DNA of 64,000 nucleotides, taken from Thermoanaerobaculia bacterium. GTDB taxonomy: Bacteria; Acidobacteriota; Thermoanaerobaculia; Multivoradales; Multivoraceae. Position 1 is the first letter of the stretch, and each line of letters opens with the position of its first letter. Positions 29,541-40,168 of the stretch are shown one piece after another. The stretch is from contig JAJEBV010000035.1 in the NCBI GenBank assembly GCA_022822365.1, forward strand, positions 10,082-74,081, given 5' to 3'. A program made the translations under genes and the position numbers. A model generated the notes under the pieces. The model did no database searches. It was not told the DNA's origin and was given only the letters and a program-made list of their open reading frames with translations.

Positions 29541-30800
29541 GTGCCCACCTGGATCATGCGCAAGTGTCTGACTCTGCTTGCTCTGGCGACGTTCGTCGGC
29601 GCGTGGCCGGCGTCATCGCAAGATGAAGACGGCGCCGCGGCGCCGGCGACCTTCGGCCAGGCGGTGCGCGACGCGGACGTCTCGGTCGGGCTCCGCTACC
29701 GCGTCGAGCAGTCGGACGACGACGCCTTCGACGACGCGGCGCTCGCCTCCACCCTGCGCACGAGCCTCAAGCTGCGGACGAAGGCCTTCCGCGGCTTCTC
29801 CTTCCTGCTCGAGGCGGAGGAGGTAACGCCGGTCGGCAACGACAGCACGTACCGCAATCTGGGCTACGGCGGACTCGACAACGGCGTACGCGACCGGCCG
29901 GTCATCGCCGACCCGGCGCTCACCGCGATCAACCAGGCGGCGGCTCGCCTGGAACGCGGGCCGGTCGCGTTCACGCTCGGCCGGACGGAACTCCTGATCG
30001 GCGACCAGCGCTTCGTCGGCGCGGTCGGCTGGCGCCAGCATCACCAGGCGTTCGACGCGGCCGCCCTCGACACGAAGCTCGCGGCCGACTGGATGCTCCG
30101 CTACGCCTTCCTCGACCGCGCTCACCGGATCACCGGCGCCGAGGAGGCGATGGGCTCCCATGTGCTCCATGTCTCCGGCCCGGCGGGTCCGGGCACACTG
30201 GCGCTGTTCGGTTACCTGCTGGACTACGAGCGGCCCGGCGCCGCGACCAACTCGACATCCAACTGGGGCGCCAGCTACAACGGCTCGCGCGACGCCGGCG
30301 CGGCCTCCGTCCTGTGGGAACTCCAGTACGCCGTGCAGTCGGACTGGGCGGACCACCCCGGCAGCGTCGACCTCGACTACCAGAAGACCGGCATCGGCTT
30401 CACGCGCGGCGACGTCAGCGTGCGCGCGGTGCGCGAGGCCCTCGACGGCGACGGCACGTACGGTTTCCGCACGCCGCTGGCGACGCTGCACGGTTTCAAC
30501 GGCTGGACCGACAAGTTCCTCGGGACGCCGGCCGACGGCCTGGTCGACGTCTACCTTCGCCTCGATCACAACCTGGACACCTGGAACTGGACGGTGCGCT
30601 GGCACCAGTTCCGCTCCGCGGTCGGCAGCATGGACTACGGCTCGGAAGTCGACGCGATGGCCGTCTGGAACACCCCCTGGAATCAGGACTTCGGCATCAA
30701 GCTGGCGCGGTACAGCGCGGACGAGTTCGCCACGGACACGTTCAAGGTCTGGATCTGGACGTCCTGGAACGTCAGCCTGCGTTCCGCAGGCGGCCGTTGA
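29541..30800 (+). CDS. Outer-membrane beta-barrel protein, alginate-export (AlgE-like) family
   Basis: Signal peptide. Alternating amphipathic beta-strand pattern with a C-terminal aromatic-rich end. Confidence 0.45.
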   Translation: MPTWIMRKCLTLLALATFVGAWPASSQDEDGAAAPATFGQAVRDADVSVGLRYRVEQSDDDAFDDAALASTLRTSLKLRTKAFRGFSFLLEAEEVTPVGNDSTYRNLGYGGLDNGVRDRPVIADPALTAINQAAARLERGPVAFTLGRTELLIGDQRFVGAVGWRQHHQAFDAAALDTKLAADWMLRYAFLDRAHRITGAEEAMGSHVLHVSGPAGPGTLALFGYLLDYERPGAATNSTSNWGASYNGSRDAGAASVLWELQYAVQSDWADHPGSVDLDYQKTGIGFTRGDVSVRAVREALDGDGTYGFRTPLATLHGFNGWTDKFLGTPADGLVDVYLRLDHNLDTWNWTVRWHQFRSAVGSMDYGSEVDAMAVWNTPWNQDFGIKLARYSADEFATDTFKVWIWTSWNVSLRSAGGR

Positions 30801-31194
30801 CGTCAACCGAGACCTCGGCGCCTTCGCGCAGGGCATCCCAGTCGGCCGCGGCCAGCACGACGACGGGCGGCGACCGTTCGTAGAGCTCCCGGGCCACGGC
30901 GGCGCCGAGGGCCAGGATGCCGTCGAGCTCCCGCAGGACGACGGCGGCCGGCGCCGTGCCGAGACGCACGCCTTCGAGAAGCACCGAACTCGAACTGCTC
31001 GAGCCACGTCCGTACGGCATGACGAGGACGCGGCCGGCGACGCTCGCGCCGCAGCGCGGGTGACGCCGGTCAATGATCCGTCCGGTGACCGGATCGACGC
31101 CGCCCCAGAACGACAGCGGCTCCTCGAGCCGCAGCACGCTGCCCGCGCCGGCGCCGCCGACCAGAACCCGGCCCTCGAGTTCCACGCCGGTCAC
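30772..31194 (-). CDS. Aconitase X swivel-domain small subunit (DUF126)
   Basis: 140 aa (VLVMPYGRGSSSSSSVL). GTGA start/stop overlap with the upstream large subunit. Confidence 0.6.
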   Translation of the reverse strand: MTGVELEGRVLVGGAGAGSVLRLEEPLSFWGGVDPVTGRIIDRRHPRCGASVAGRVLVMPYGRGSSSSSSVLLEGVRLGTAPAAVVLRELDGILALGAAVARELYERSPPVVVLAAADWDALREGAEVSVDVNGRLRNAG

Positions 31195-32498
31195 GGCCAC
31201 AGCTCCGGGTCGCGCCACAGGCGGCCCGCCTGGGCAGAACGCACGCACTCGGCCAGACTGCCGAAGACGACATCGAATCCGACGTTGCCCGGCGCGTAGT
31301 GCGCGAACTTGCCCGAGTTCGTCATCAGCACGCCGCCCGCGGCCGTACGGAGGATCGGAGCCACGACGACGCAGGTGTCGACGACCACGCGCACGCCAAG
31401 CGCGCGCAGCCGCTCGAGACCGCCGCTCTGTTCGAGATGGCCGAGCGAGAGGCGGTTCGTGCAGACGACGAACTCGACACTGCCGGCCGGCGGATGCCGT
31501 TCGACAAGGGGCAGCAGTTCCGCGAACTCGCGCGGCGAGAAGTGCGGGCTGCCGAGCGCCACGACGTCGATCGCCAGGCCGGCGCCCTCCGAACTGCCCG
31601 CTCCAGGGGCCGTGGACAGGCTCCGCAGACCGGCGCGCAGGTCGGACAAGCCGATCTCGATCCACTCCTCCGCGTCCTTGCCGCCCAGCGCCGCCTCCAG
31701 CGTCGGCGCCTCGGGCGTGATGCCGACGGCGTGGAACAGGGCGACAGCGCCCGAGGACGCCGCGGCCGCCCCCAGAGCCTTCAGGCCGTCCTCGTCCGCC
31801 GCTTCCAAACCGACCAGTACGGGCACGCGGTTGCCGCAGCGCTCGCCCACCAGATAGCCGATCGCCGGCAGCAACCAGGACGCGCTCCTGAGAGCGTCCG
31901 GCAGCGCCCGCAAGTCGAAGACGATCTGGCCACGACGGTTCTCCTCCAGGTGGAGTCCCACCGCCGGGGCGCGACCGGTGATCGCCGCGCAGATGTCGAT
32001 GAAGTCGCCGTAGCGGTGCGTACGCGCGCCGAGCACCGAGTTCGCGAACACGATCGCGTTGCTCTCGGCCCAGGCGACCTGCTGGCCGAACGCCGGTCGG
32101 GGCGTCGTCTGGTAGGGCGCGCAGGTCCAGATCGTCCGGCAACCCATCTCCTCGTAGCACTCCATCAGCCGCTGAGCCTTCGCCCGGCGTTCCGCCGTGC
32201 CCTCGAACTCCTCCGGGTGCAACAGATCGAGGCCGCCGACGTTCAGCGTCGTCGGCACGCGGACACGGGCGCCGCCCGCGACCAGGAGCTCCGCGAAGTC
32301 GACGCCCGAATCGCCGTGGTACAGGCAACCATCGATGTGGGCGCCCTCGATGTCGAGCAGTCGCTCCGCACCGTAGACCCCGGCCATCGTGACCAGGATG
32401 CGCATCGCGACCGCCGCTGCCTCGCCTAGGTCGCCGGCGAGCATCGCGCGATCGCGGGCGGTCAACGCGACCGTCTCGTGCGTGTTCGCGGCGGCCAT
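31191..32498 (-). CDS. Aconitase X catalytic large subunit (DUF521)
   Basis: 435-aa DUF521-like protein, translationally coupled to the DUF126 gene. Confidence 0.7.
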   Translation of the reverse strand: MAAANTHETVALTARDRAMLAGDLGEAAAVAMRILVTMAGVYGAERLLDIEGAHIDGCLYHGDSGVDFAELLVAGGARVRVPTTLNVGGLDLLHPEEFEGTAERRAKAQRLMECYEEMGCRTIWTCAPYQTTPRPAFGQQVAWAESNAIVFANSVLGARTHRYGDFIDICAAITGRAPAVGLHLEENRRGQIVFDLRALPDALRSASWLLPAIGYLVGERCGNRVPVLVGLEAADEDGLKALGAAAASSGAVALFHAVGITPEAPTLEAALGGKDAEEWIEIGLSDLRAGLRSLSTAPGAGSSEGAGLAIDVVALGSPHFSPREFAELLPLVERHPPAGSVEFVVCTNRLSLGHLEQSGGLERLRALGVRVVVDTCVVVAPILRTAAGGVLMTNSGKFAHYAPGNVGFDVVFGSLAECVRSAQAGRLWRDPELWP

Positions 32499-32610
32499 GG
32501 GCGGTCAGTGTAGCTATGGGTACACTCGCGGCTCTTCCAGAAATCCCGAGCAACGCACCAACGAAGGAAACCAGGGCGCCCCCTCTTTCGGCGCCCGCGG
32601 AGAAGCCCGC

Positions 32611-34191
32611 ATGGCGATCGACCCAGCACTGCAGGAACGACTCATGGCCGTCGCGCCCTACGGCATGGGCGTCGCGCTCCACGCGCAAGAGGCCCCCGAC
32701 CGAATGGCCGTGGTGTCGAAGTTCGGCGGCCGGACGCTCGCCGAACTGAATGCCAACGCGAACCGCCTGGCCCGGGTGCTGCGGGCGCACGGCGTCGGTC
32801 CCGACGTGGGCGTCGCCCTGCTGTGCCGGAACCGGCCCGAGTTCATCGAGACGGTCGTGGCCTGCCAGCGCAGCGGCGGACGGATGACGCCGATCAACTG
32901 GCACCTCTCGCCACCCGAAGTCGCCTACATCGTCGACAACTGCGAGGCTCGCGTGCTGATCGCGGACGAGGCCTTCTCTCCGGCCGTCGCCGCGGCGCGG
33001 GCCGGATCGGAGCACCTGCGGCTGACTCTCGCCGTCGGCGGCGGGGTCGAAGGCGCCGAGTCCTACGACGAAGCGCTCGCCGCCGAGGACGGCTCGAACA
33101 TCGACAAGCCGGTTCTCGGCACGCCGATGCTCTACACCTCCGGCACCACCGGCCACCCCAAGGGGGTGTACCGCAAGGCGAACGCGACGCCGACGCCATT
33201 CCTGCTGGCCGTCCGCGAGGCGGCCGACTTCGAGCCGGACACGGACTGCTCGCTCGTCACGGGACCGCTCTACCACGCCGCGCCACTGGGCATCAATCTG
33301 GCGATCCCGATGGCCGTCGGCGTCGGCTCCGTGCTGATGGACAAGTGGGACGCCGAGGAGACTCTCGCCCTGATCGACAGGCACCGGGCGACCCACACCC
33401 ACATGGTGGCGACGATGTTCCACCGCATGCTGGCGCTGCCGCGGGAGGTTCGGGAACGCTACGACGTCTCCTCGATGCGCTGGCTCGTCCACGGCGCGGC
33501 GCCGACGCCCGTCCACGTCAAGCACAAGATCATCGAGTGGTTCGGTCCGGTGGTCTGGGAGTACTACGCGGCGACCGAAGGCGGCACCTTCTGGGTCGAC
33601 TCGAAAGAGTGGCTCGAAAAGCCCGGCAGCGTCGGCCGCACCGTAGAGGGAACGAAGTACAAGGTGCTCGACGACGACGGCGAGCCGGTGCCGGCGGGAA
33701 CCACCGGCACGGTCTACTTCGAGGCCAGCGAGAACCGTTTCGAGTACTTCAAGGCGCCCGACAAGACCGACGACGCCTACCTGGACGACTACTTCACGAT
33801 GGGCGACATGGGCTACGTCGACGAGGACGGCTACCTGTTCCTGACCGGCCGCTCGGCGGAGACGATCATCGCCGGCGGCGTGAACATCTACCCCCAGGAG
33901 ATCGACGACGTGATCCAGCAGCACCCGGCCGTGTACGAGGTCTGCACCGTGGGCGTGCCCCACGAGGAGTGGGGCGAGAGCGTCAAGTCGGTCGTCGAGG
34001 TCGGCGACGGCTACGAGGCCGGCGAGGAACTCGCCGAGGAGCTGCTCGCCTGGTGCCGCGAGCACCTGCCCGACTTCAAGCGTCCGCGCTCGATCGACTT
34101 CGCGACCGACCTGCCCCGGATGCCCACCGGCAAGATCCAGCGCGGCCTGGTCCGGGCGCCGTACTGGAAGGGCCGCGAGCGGCAGATCTGA
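32611..34191 (+). CDS. AMP-dependent synthetase/ligase (acyl-CoA synthetase)
   Basis: TSGTTGHPKGV AMP-binding motif. ATG at 32611 with an upstream GGAG. Confidence 0.8.
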   Translation: MAIDPALQERLMAVAPYGMGVALHAQEAPDRMAVVSKFGGRTLAELNANANRLARVLRAHGVGPDVGVALLCRNRPEFIETVVACQRSGGRMTPINWHLSPPEVAYIVDNCEARVLIADEAFSPAVAAARAGSEHLRLTLAVGGGVEGAESYDEALAAEDGSNIDKPVLGTPMLYTSGTTGHPKGVYRKANATPTPFLLAVREAADFEPDTDCSLVTGPLYHAAPLGINLAIPMAVGVGSVLMDKWDAEETLALIDRHRATHTHMVATMFHRMLALPREVRERYDVSSMRWLVHGAAPTPVHVKHKIIEWFGPVVWEYYAATEGGTFWVDSKEWLEKPGSVGRTVEGTKYKVLDDDGEPVPAGTTGTVYFEASENRFEYFKAPDKTDDAYLDDYFTMGDMGYVDEDGYLFLTGRSAETIIAGGVNIYPQEIDDVIQQHPAVYEVCTVGVPHEEWGESVKSVVEVGDGYEAGEELAEELLAWCREHLPDFKRPRSIDFATDLPRMPTGKIQRGLVRAPYWKGRERQI

Positions 34192-34228
34192 CCGACGATT
34201 CCAACCCATACCCCTGTGAGGCGAGAGC

Positions 34229-35206
34229 ATGAAGGCAGTCGTTTGCAGTGAATTCGGTCCCCCGGAGAACCTGACCATCGAGGAACTCCCCGATCCTGTG
34301 GCGGGGTCCGGCGAAGTCGTCGTCGACATCCGCGCGGCGGCGATCACCTGGCCCGACACGCTGATCATCGAGAACCGGTACCAGTTCCGTGGCGAGCCGC
34401 CCTTCGTCGTCGGTGGCGAAGTAGGCGGCAAGGTCGCCGCGGTCGGCCCGGATGTCGATGGCCTTGCGGTCGGCGACGACGTGGTCGGCGGCGGCGGAAC
34501 GGGCGGCTTCGCGGAGCAGGTGCTGCTCAAGGCGTCCCAGGTGCGCAAGCTGCCACCGGGGCTCGGCCACGCGGAGGCCACGGGATACGGCTACGCCTAC
34601 GGCACGGGCCACTACGCCCTGAAGTACCGGGGCGATCTCAAGCCCGGGGAGACGCTGCTCGTGCTCGGCGCCGCCGGCGGCGTCGGCCTGGCGGCCCTGG
34701 AACTCGGCAAGGTGATGGGCGCCCGGGTGATCGCCGCCGCTTCGAGCGCGGAGAAGCTGGCGCTCTGCCGTGAACGAGGCGCGGACGAGACGATCAACTA
34801 CTCCGAAGAGGATCTGAAGAACCGAGCCAAGGAACTGACCGCCGGCAAGGGCGTCGACATCGTCTACGACGCGGTCGGCGGCGAGTACGCGGAAGCGGCG
34901 CTGCGGGCCACGAACTGGCGCGGCCGGTTCCTGGTCATCGGCTTCACCGCCGGCATTCCGCGCATGCCGCTCAACCTGACCCTGCTCAAGGGCTGCGACA
35001 TCGTCGGCGTGTTCTGGGGCGCTTCCCGGATGCGCGAGCCGGAGATCTTCGAGGCGACGCGGGTCGAGACGGAGGCGCTCGCCGCGGAGGGCAAGATCCA
35101 GCCCTACATCTCGCGCCGCTATCCCCTGGAAGAGGTGCCGCAGGCGCTTCGCGACATGATGGACCGCAAGATCATCGGCAAGATGGTGATGGAGCGCACC
35201 GGCTGA
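34229..35206 (+). CDS. NADPH:quinone oxidoreductase / zinc-type alcohol dehydrogenase-like (MDR family)
   Basis: GAAGGVG NAD(P)-binding motif; 325 aa. Confidence 0.8.
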   Translation: MKAVVCSEFGPPENLTIEELPDPVAGSGEVVVDIRAAAITWPDTLIIENRYQFRGEPPFVVGGEVGGKVAAVGPDVDGLAVGDDVVGGGGTGGFAEQVLLKASQVRKLPPGLGHAEATGYGYAYGTGHYALKYRGDLKPGETLLVLGAAGGVGLAALELGKVMGARVIAAASSAEKLALCRERGADETINYSEEDLKNRAKELTAGKGVDIVYDAVGGEYAEAALRATNWRGRFLVIGFTAGIPRMPLNLTLLKGCDIVGVFWGASRMREPEIFEATRVETEALAAEGKIQPYISRRYPLEEVPQALRDMMDRKIIGKMVMERTG

Positions 35207-35293
35207 GTCCCGGGAAGGACGCGACGGTGAGGTTCGGCCAGAAGGTAATGCAACGCGGCGCCTAGCCGGGAATCGGGACAAGGGAGAACGAGC

Positions 35294-36220
35294 ATGAAGT
35301 TCGGCGCACAGGTCACCGTCTATCGCAACACCTGGGACAGCGTCCGGGAGGTGGCCGAGCTGCTCGACCAGGGCCCCTGGGACAGCATCTGGTACGCGGA
35401 CCACTACCTGCCGCCGCCCGGCATCAAGGAAGAGGAGCACCTGGCGGCGCAGGAGGCGTTCACCGTGGCCGCGGCGACCGCGAGCATCACGAAGAACCTG
35501 AAGATCGGCCACCTGGTGCTGGGCAACACGTACCGGAATCCCGGCCTGGTCGCCAAGATGGCGGGCACTCTGGACCACATCTCCCACGGCCGCTTCGTCC
35601 TCGGCATCGGCGCGGCCTGGTTCAAGCGGGAGCACGAGGCCTACGGCTGGACGTTCCCGTCGATGAAGGAGCGCCAGGACCGCTTCGAGGAGGCCGTCGA
35701 GCTGATCCGGGCCCTGTTCCGGTCCGGCGAGCCGGTCGACTTCCAGGGCGAGTACTACCGGCTCGACTCGGCACCGCTCTCCCCCGGCTGCTACGACGCA
35801 GCCATCCCGATCCTGATCGGCGGCACCGGCGAGAAGCGGACGCTGCGCACGCTGGCGCGCCACGGCGACGTGATGAACCTCGACGGCTGGGCGCGCGGAC
35901 CGATGACCCGGGAGTACTTCCGGCACAAGGTCTCCGTCGTCAACCGGCACTGCGAGGACGCCGGCCGCGACCCGGCCGAGATCCGGCACACGGTGCTCAT
36001 GCCGACCTTCGTGACGGACGACGAGGCGGCGGCCAGGCGGTTCGTCGATGCCCGCGGCCTGGGCGAGGGCACCGCGTCCGGCCCGAAGAGCTACGTCATC
36101 GACCGGATCGGCGAGATGATCGACGCCGGCGCCCACGAGATCATGATCGGCGGCATCCCGACCCAGAAGCTCGACCACTACCAGATGGTCGCGGAAGAGA
36201 TCATCCCCGCCTTCGGCTGA
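35294..36220 (+). CDS. LLM-class F420/flavin-dependent oxidoreductase
   Basis: Luciferase-like TIM-barrel motifs; 308 aa. Confidence 0.75.
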   Translation: MKFGAQVTVYRNTWDSVREVAELLDQGPWDSIWYADHYLPPPGIKEEEHLAAQEAFTVAAATASITKNLKIGHLVLGNTYRNPGLVAKMAGTLDHISHGRFVLGIGAAWFKREHEAYGWTFPSMKERQDRFEEAVELIRALFRSGEPVDFQGEYYRLDSAPLSPGCYDAAIPILIGGTGEKRTLRTLARHGDVMNLDGWARGPMTREYFRHKVSVVNRHCEDAGRDPAEIRHTVLMPTFVTDDEAAARRFVDARGLGEGTASGPKSYVIDRIGEMIDAGAHEIMIGGIPTQKLDHYQMVAEEIIPAFG

Positions 36221-36288
36221 GGCGGATGGTCCATTGAGGCCAGGTTCCGCCAGCGAAGACGCTGTAGCCGAAGGGCAGCGACGTCGCT

Positions 36289-36314
36289 CTGGGTGCGCGG
36301 GTCTTCTGACCCGC
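36289..36314. repeat. Copy C of a 26-nt hairpin repeat (CTGGGTGCGCGGGTCTTCTGACCCGC)
   Basis: Exact 26-nt match to the copies at 49498 and 50953 (reverse complement). Stem GCGGGTC/GACCCGC with loop TTCT. Confidence 0.7.
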
Positions 36315-36368
36315 ATCGGACGAGGCGCGAAGCGGCGAGGCCGCAGAGACTCGTTGCGCCCTTACACG

Positions 36369-38387
36369 ATGGTTGCAGCCGTAGCTGCAACCGTGCTTCC
36401 TTCCGTGGCGCCGGCCCGGGCCCAGGACAGCGACTGGCCGACGATCACCGGCGGCAACGACGCGGGCCGCTACGCCGCGCTCGACCAGATCGACGCCTCG
36501 AACTTCGCACGCCTCGAACCGGCCTGGCGCTGGCGGCTGCCGGACAACGACCTGATGGCGAACGATCCTCGCTTCGAGGACGCGTCGATGCAGCAGCGCA
36601 CGCATGTGACGACGCCGATCAAGGTCGGCGACCGGCTCTACGTCGTAACCGGCTACGGCATCGCCGCCGCCGTCGACCCGGCCGAAGGCACGACGATCTG
36701 GCGGCACGATCCCCAGAGCTACGGCCACGGCCGGCCGACGAACCACGGCTTCACCCACAAGGGACCCAGCTTCTGGCGCGACCCCGAGCACCCGGAGGCT
36801 CCCGGCCGCCTGATCTACGCCAGTACGGACGCCATCCTGCGCGCCGTCTACGCCGACGAGGGCACGGCGGTGCGCTCCTTCGGCAACCACGGCGGCGTCG
36901 ACCTGACCACCGGCCTGCACCGGGCGGTCGAACGCCGCAAGTACACCGTCAGCTCGCCGGCGACCATCTGCCGAGACGTCGCGATCGTCGGCTCATCCAT
37001 CTCGGACGGACCGCTCGGGCCGGACGACGGGCCGCCCGGCGATGTTCGCGGTTTCGACGTGCGGACCGGCAGGCAGCTCTGGACCTTCCACACCGTGCCC
37101 CGGGAAGGCGAGCACGGCACGGACACCTGGGAGGACGACTCCTGGCGGATCGCCGGCGGCGCGAACGTGTGGGGCCTGATGAGCGCCGACGAGGAACTCG
37201 GCCTCGCCTACCTGCCGACGAGCACGCCGACGAACGACTGGTATGGTGGCCACCGCCGCGGCGACAACCTGTACGCGGAGAGCCTGGTCGCGGTCGACTG
37301 CGAGACCGGCGAGCGCCGCTGGCACTTCCAGGCCGTCCACCACGGCCTCTGGGACTACGACTTCGCCGCGCCGGCCGTGCTGGGCGACATCGTCGTCGAC
37401 GGGCGCACGGTGAAGGCGGCGATGCTGCCGAGCAAGCAGGCCTTCCTCTACGTCTTCAACCGGGAAACCGGCGAACCCGTGTGGCCGATCGAGGAACGGC
37501 AGGTCCCCCAGACCGGCATCCCCGGCGAGCAGACCTCGCCCACCCAGCCCTTCCCCACCCGGCCGCCGCCATTCGACCGCCAGGGCATGCGGCTCGTCGA
37601 CGTCGTCGACTTCACACCCGAGATCCGCGCCGAGGCGGAACGCATCCTGACTTCGCACCAGTACGGGCCGATGTACACGCCGCCCAGCGAGCGCGGAACC
37701 GTCGCCATGCCCGGCTTCGAGGGCGGCGCGAGCTGGCCCGGCGGCGCCTTCGACCCGGACACCGGCAGGCTCTACGTGCCGTCCTTCACGGCGCCGATCC
37801 TGATCACGCTGCGGAGGCCTGACCCGAACCGCTCCGCGTTCGACTTCGTGGCCCGCGTGTCGGCGTTTCACGGCCCCTTCGACCTGCCGATCTCCAAGCC
37901 ACCCTGGTCACGAGTCACCGCCTACGACATGAGCCGCGGCGATATCGCTTGGCAGACCCCGCTCGGCGAGGGGCCGCGCCGCCACCCGAAGCTCGCCGCC
38001 CTCGACCTGCCGCTCCTCGGCTCCGGGGTCCGCGGCCACGCCCTGCTGACGAAGACGCTGCTCATCGTCAGCTCCGGCCACTCCCGCTCCTTCCGCTCCC
38101 AGGAGGCGAAGGCGGAGCGCGAGTGGAGCGAACAGCCCGAAGAAGTCACCGGCGGCCTCGCCTGGACCAATCCGCAATCGGCGGCGCGCGAGGACTGGCG
38201 CTACACCGTTCCCGCTGTCCGCGCCTTCGACAAGGCGACCGGCGACCTCGTCGCCGAAGTCGAGCTGCCGGCCCACTCCGATGGCAGCCCGATCACCTAC
38301 CTGCACCGCGGCGTGCAGTACCTCGTCGTCTCCATCGGCGGCCGCGGCGAGCCGTTCGAACTGATCGCCTACCGGCTCCCGGCTTGA
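36369..38387 (+). CDS. PQQ-dependent dehydrogenase (quinoprotein beta-propeller) with a signal peptide
   Basis: Repeated W-motifs of the PQQ beta-propeller; about 672 aa from the ATG at 36369. Confidence 0.8.
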   Translation: MVAAVAATVLPSVAPARAQDSDWPTITGGNDAGRYAALDQIDASNFARLEPAWRWRLPDNDLMANDPRFEDASMQQRTHVTTPIKVGDRLYVVTGYGIAAAVDPAEGTTIWRHDPQSYGHGRPTNHGFTHKGPSFWRDPEHPEAPGRLIYASTDAILRAVYADEGTAVRSFGNHGGVDLTTGLHRAVERRKYTVSSPATICRDVAIVGSSISDGPLGPDDGPPGDVRGFDVRTGRQLWTFHTVPREGEHGTDTWEDDSWRIAGGANVWGLMSADEELGLAYLPTSTPTNDWYGGHRRGDNLYAESLVAVDCETGERRWHFQAVHHGLWDYDFAAPAVLGDIVVDGRTVKAAMLPSKQAFLYVFNRETGEPVWPIEERQVPQTGIPGEQTSPTQPFPTRPPPFDRQGMRLVDVVDFTPEIRAEAERILTSHQYGPMYTPPSERGTVAMPGFEGGASWPGGAFDPDTGRLYVPSFTAPILITLRRPDPNRSAFDFVARVSAFHGPFDLPISKPPWSRVTAYDMSRGDIAWQTPLGEGPRRHPKLAALDLPLLGSGVRGHALLTKTLLIVSSGHSRSFRSQEAKAEREWSEQPEEVTGGLAWTNPQSAAREDWRYTVPAVRAFDKATGDLVAEVELPAHSDGSPITYLHRGVQYLVVSIGGRGEPFELIAYRLPA

Positions 38388-38409
38388 AGCCGAGTTCAGC
38401 CTCTACCGC

Positions 38410-39447
38410 CTATGCCCAGCGCGGCCCAGGCTTGTTCGTGGACGGCGTAGCATGGACTCCGGGAATCCGATCCCTGATCGCGAGCGCCAGTTCCCATCCG
38501 TAGCTCCGCGTGTTGTCCGTCACGACCCGCTTGGCTCCCGTCGCCTTGACGTACGCGAGGGTCTCCTCAAAGTCGGCATGATTCGACAAGGCAACACAGT
38601 AGCTGCTACTGGAGTACATTGTCAGCGGATCGTTGTGGCCATCCCGACCCGACATGAAGGCGCTGCACGCGATGCTCGTTCCGCCAACCGGCTCGTTGCC
38701 CCGCCCATCGCCCTTCGAGTACAACCGCACGTAGGAACGCTGCCTCAGTGCTGACTCGCCTTCATCCGAATCGAGCGCGATCAGATCGGCAGCCGCTAAG
38801 CCGAACCGCCTATAGACCTCGACTTCCCCAATCAGCCGCCGGCTCGCCACGATAGGAACATCAACGCCGCCAGCGAGCACCGTCAATACGCGCTCCATCG
38901 TTCCTCGGTGGGCCCTGATATGTACCGGCCCCTGACGTACGCGCTCACACACCAGAACGAACAGGCATGCCTCTGCTTCCGCCTGCGTGTACTTGCGAAC
39001 GCTCGCCGGACTGCCGTAGGTGGCGTCGACGACGAGTTCGTCAACTTGGATCACTCGATCGAGCGGCCAGCCGAAGTCGCCGGAGTAGCCGAGTCGTCGT
39101 CCGTCCGAAAGCTCCAGTGCCGTCTGGCAGGCACCGAGCATGTGGTTCGACGGCAGCAGAAGGAGCTGCGAAGCGTCTTCAAGGACGCGCTTCTCGCCTC
39201 GCTTCAGCCTATGGAGATTGGATCTGTACTCGAGGTCGACATCACGCTCATCCACGAGCAGCGCATACGTTTCCGGGCTCATGATGAGGTCCTGAAGCCC
39301 CTTGCTGCGCTCGAAGTCCGCCATGTGGTCGTCGTGCACATGGGTCTGAATGCGCCACGGACAGCCCTCGGCGAATCCGTCGCACACCACCGCCGGGCCA
39401 AGACGCACCGCACCCGTAGCCAAGACGTCAACTTCTGCTGGAGCCAC
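38410..39447 (-). CDS. MBL-fold metallo-hydrolase; last gene of the sulfur-modification/defence operon
   Basis: HVHDDH metal-binding motif. 20-nt overlap with the upstream gene. Confidence 0.65.
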   Translation of the reverse strand: MAPAEVDVLATGAVRLGPAVVCDGFAEGCPWRIQTHVHDDHMADFERSKGLQDLIMSPETYALLVDERDVDLEYRSNLHRLKRGEKRVLEDASQLLLLPSNHMLGACQTALELSDGRRLGYSGDFGWPLDRVIQVDELVVDATYGSPASVRKYTQAEAEACLFVLVCERVRQGPVHIRAHRGTMERVLTVLAGGVDVPIVASRRLIGEVEVYRRFGLAAADLIALDSDEGESALRQRSYVRLYSKGDGRGNEPVGGTSIACSAFMSGRDGHNDPLTMYSSSSYCVALSNHADFEETLAYVKATGAKRVVTDNTRSYGWELALAIRDRIPGVHATPSTNKPGPRWA

Positions 39448-40168
39448 TCTGGACGTTCTCCCGAAGATGGGCCCGAATCAGGCCTTCGATGCTCCCCCGC
39501 CCAACTTGAGCCATCGATTCGCCGAACTTCTCGGCTCCTACCAACGTGAAAATCCTCTTACCAAGCCGGCCTGATGCGCCGCGCAAGCCGATAGCCCGAA
39601 TCGCGCCAGCAAGAGCCGCATCGCGTTCGGCCTGTAGCAAGCTCCCGAGAGCGGCCACGACGTCCTCGTCAACGACGGCACCCATGAACACGTAACGCTT
39701 CTCTACGACCGGCCGCATCCCCACGACTTCCTGGACGCAGTCGGGAACGGCGCGACCGGAGCGCTCGCGAAGCTGCACGACCTGACGCACTTCCTTGCTC
39801 GTCAGGTGCTCGGACAAGACCGCTTCCGCGACCACCCGCCGGTCTTCGCTATCCGCGAGCCGGACCAGCTCGGCAGCGGATGAGAAGCCGACGAAGTCCC
39901 CTCTTCCCCAGTCCACCAAATGCTGAACCTCCGGCGGAAGGTCCAGTAATCGGAGGAACCGGCCAACACCCGTAACGTCGAGGTCTGTTTTCCTGGCACT
40001 CTCGACTCGGCTCGAACCCTCCCGCTCAGCGCGCCTGTACAGCCGCCCACACTCGACCGGGGAAAAGGGTCTGTTGCGTTGATGCCGCCCGTATCCGACG
40101 GACATCTTGAGCTGTGCGAGTTCCTCGGGACTCAGCCCCCGCCACACCCTATGAACCAAGGACGCCAC
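39428..40168 (-). CDS. Hypothetical protein in the defence operon, possibly a ParB-like or HTH DNA-binding partner
   Basis: 246 aa. Overlaps both neighbours. No confident family assignment. Confidence 0.4.
   Translation of the reverse strand: MASLVHRVWRGLSPEELAQLKMSVGYGRHQRNRPFSPVECGRLYRRAEREGSSRVESARKTDLDVTGVGRFLRLLDLPPEVQHLVDWGRGDFVGFSSAAELVRLADSEDRRVVAEAVLSEHLTSKEVRQVVQLRERSGRAVPDCVQEVVGMRPVVEKRYVFMGAVVDEDVVAALGSLLQAERDAALAGAIRAIGLRGASGRLGKRIFTLVGAEKFGESMAQVGRGSIEGLIRAHLRENVQSGSSRS

Noticed and set aside
30772-34581. 1269-aa minus-strand ORF
   Set aside because: A GC-rich antisense open frame that overlaps the convincing acyl-CoA synthetase and AcnX large-subunit genes. Only its last 140 codons, the DUF126 AcnX small subunit, are coding.
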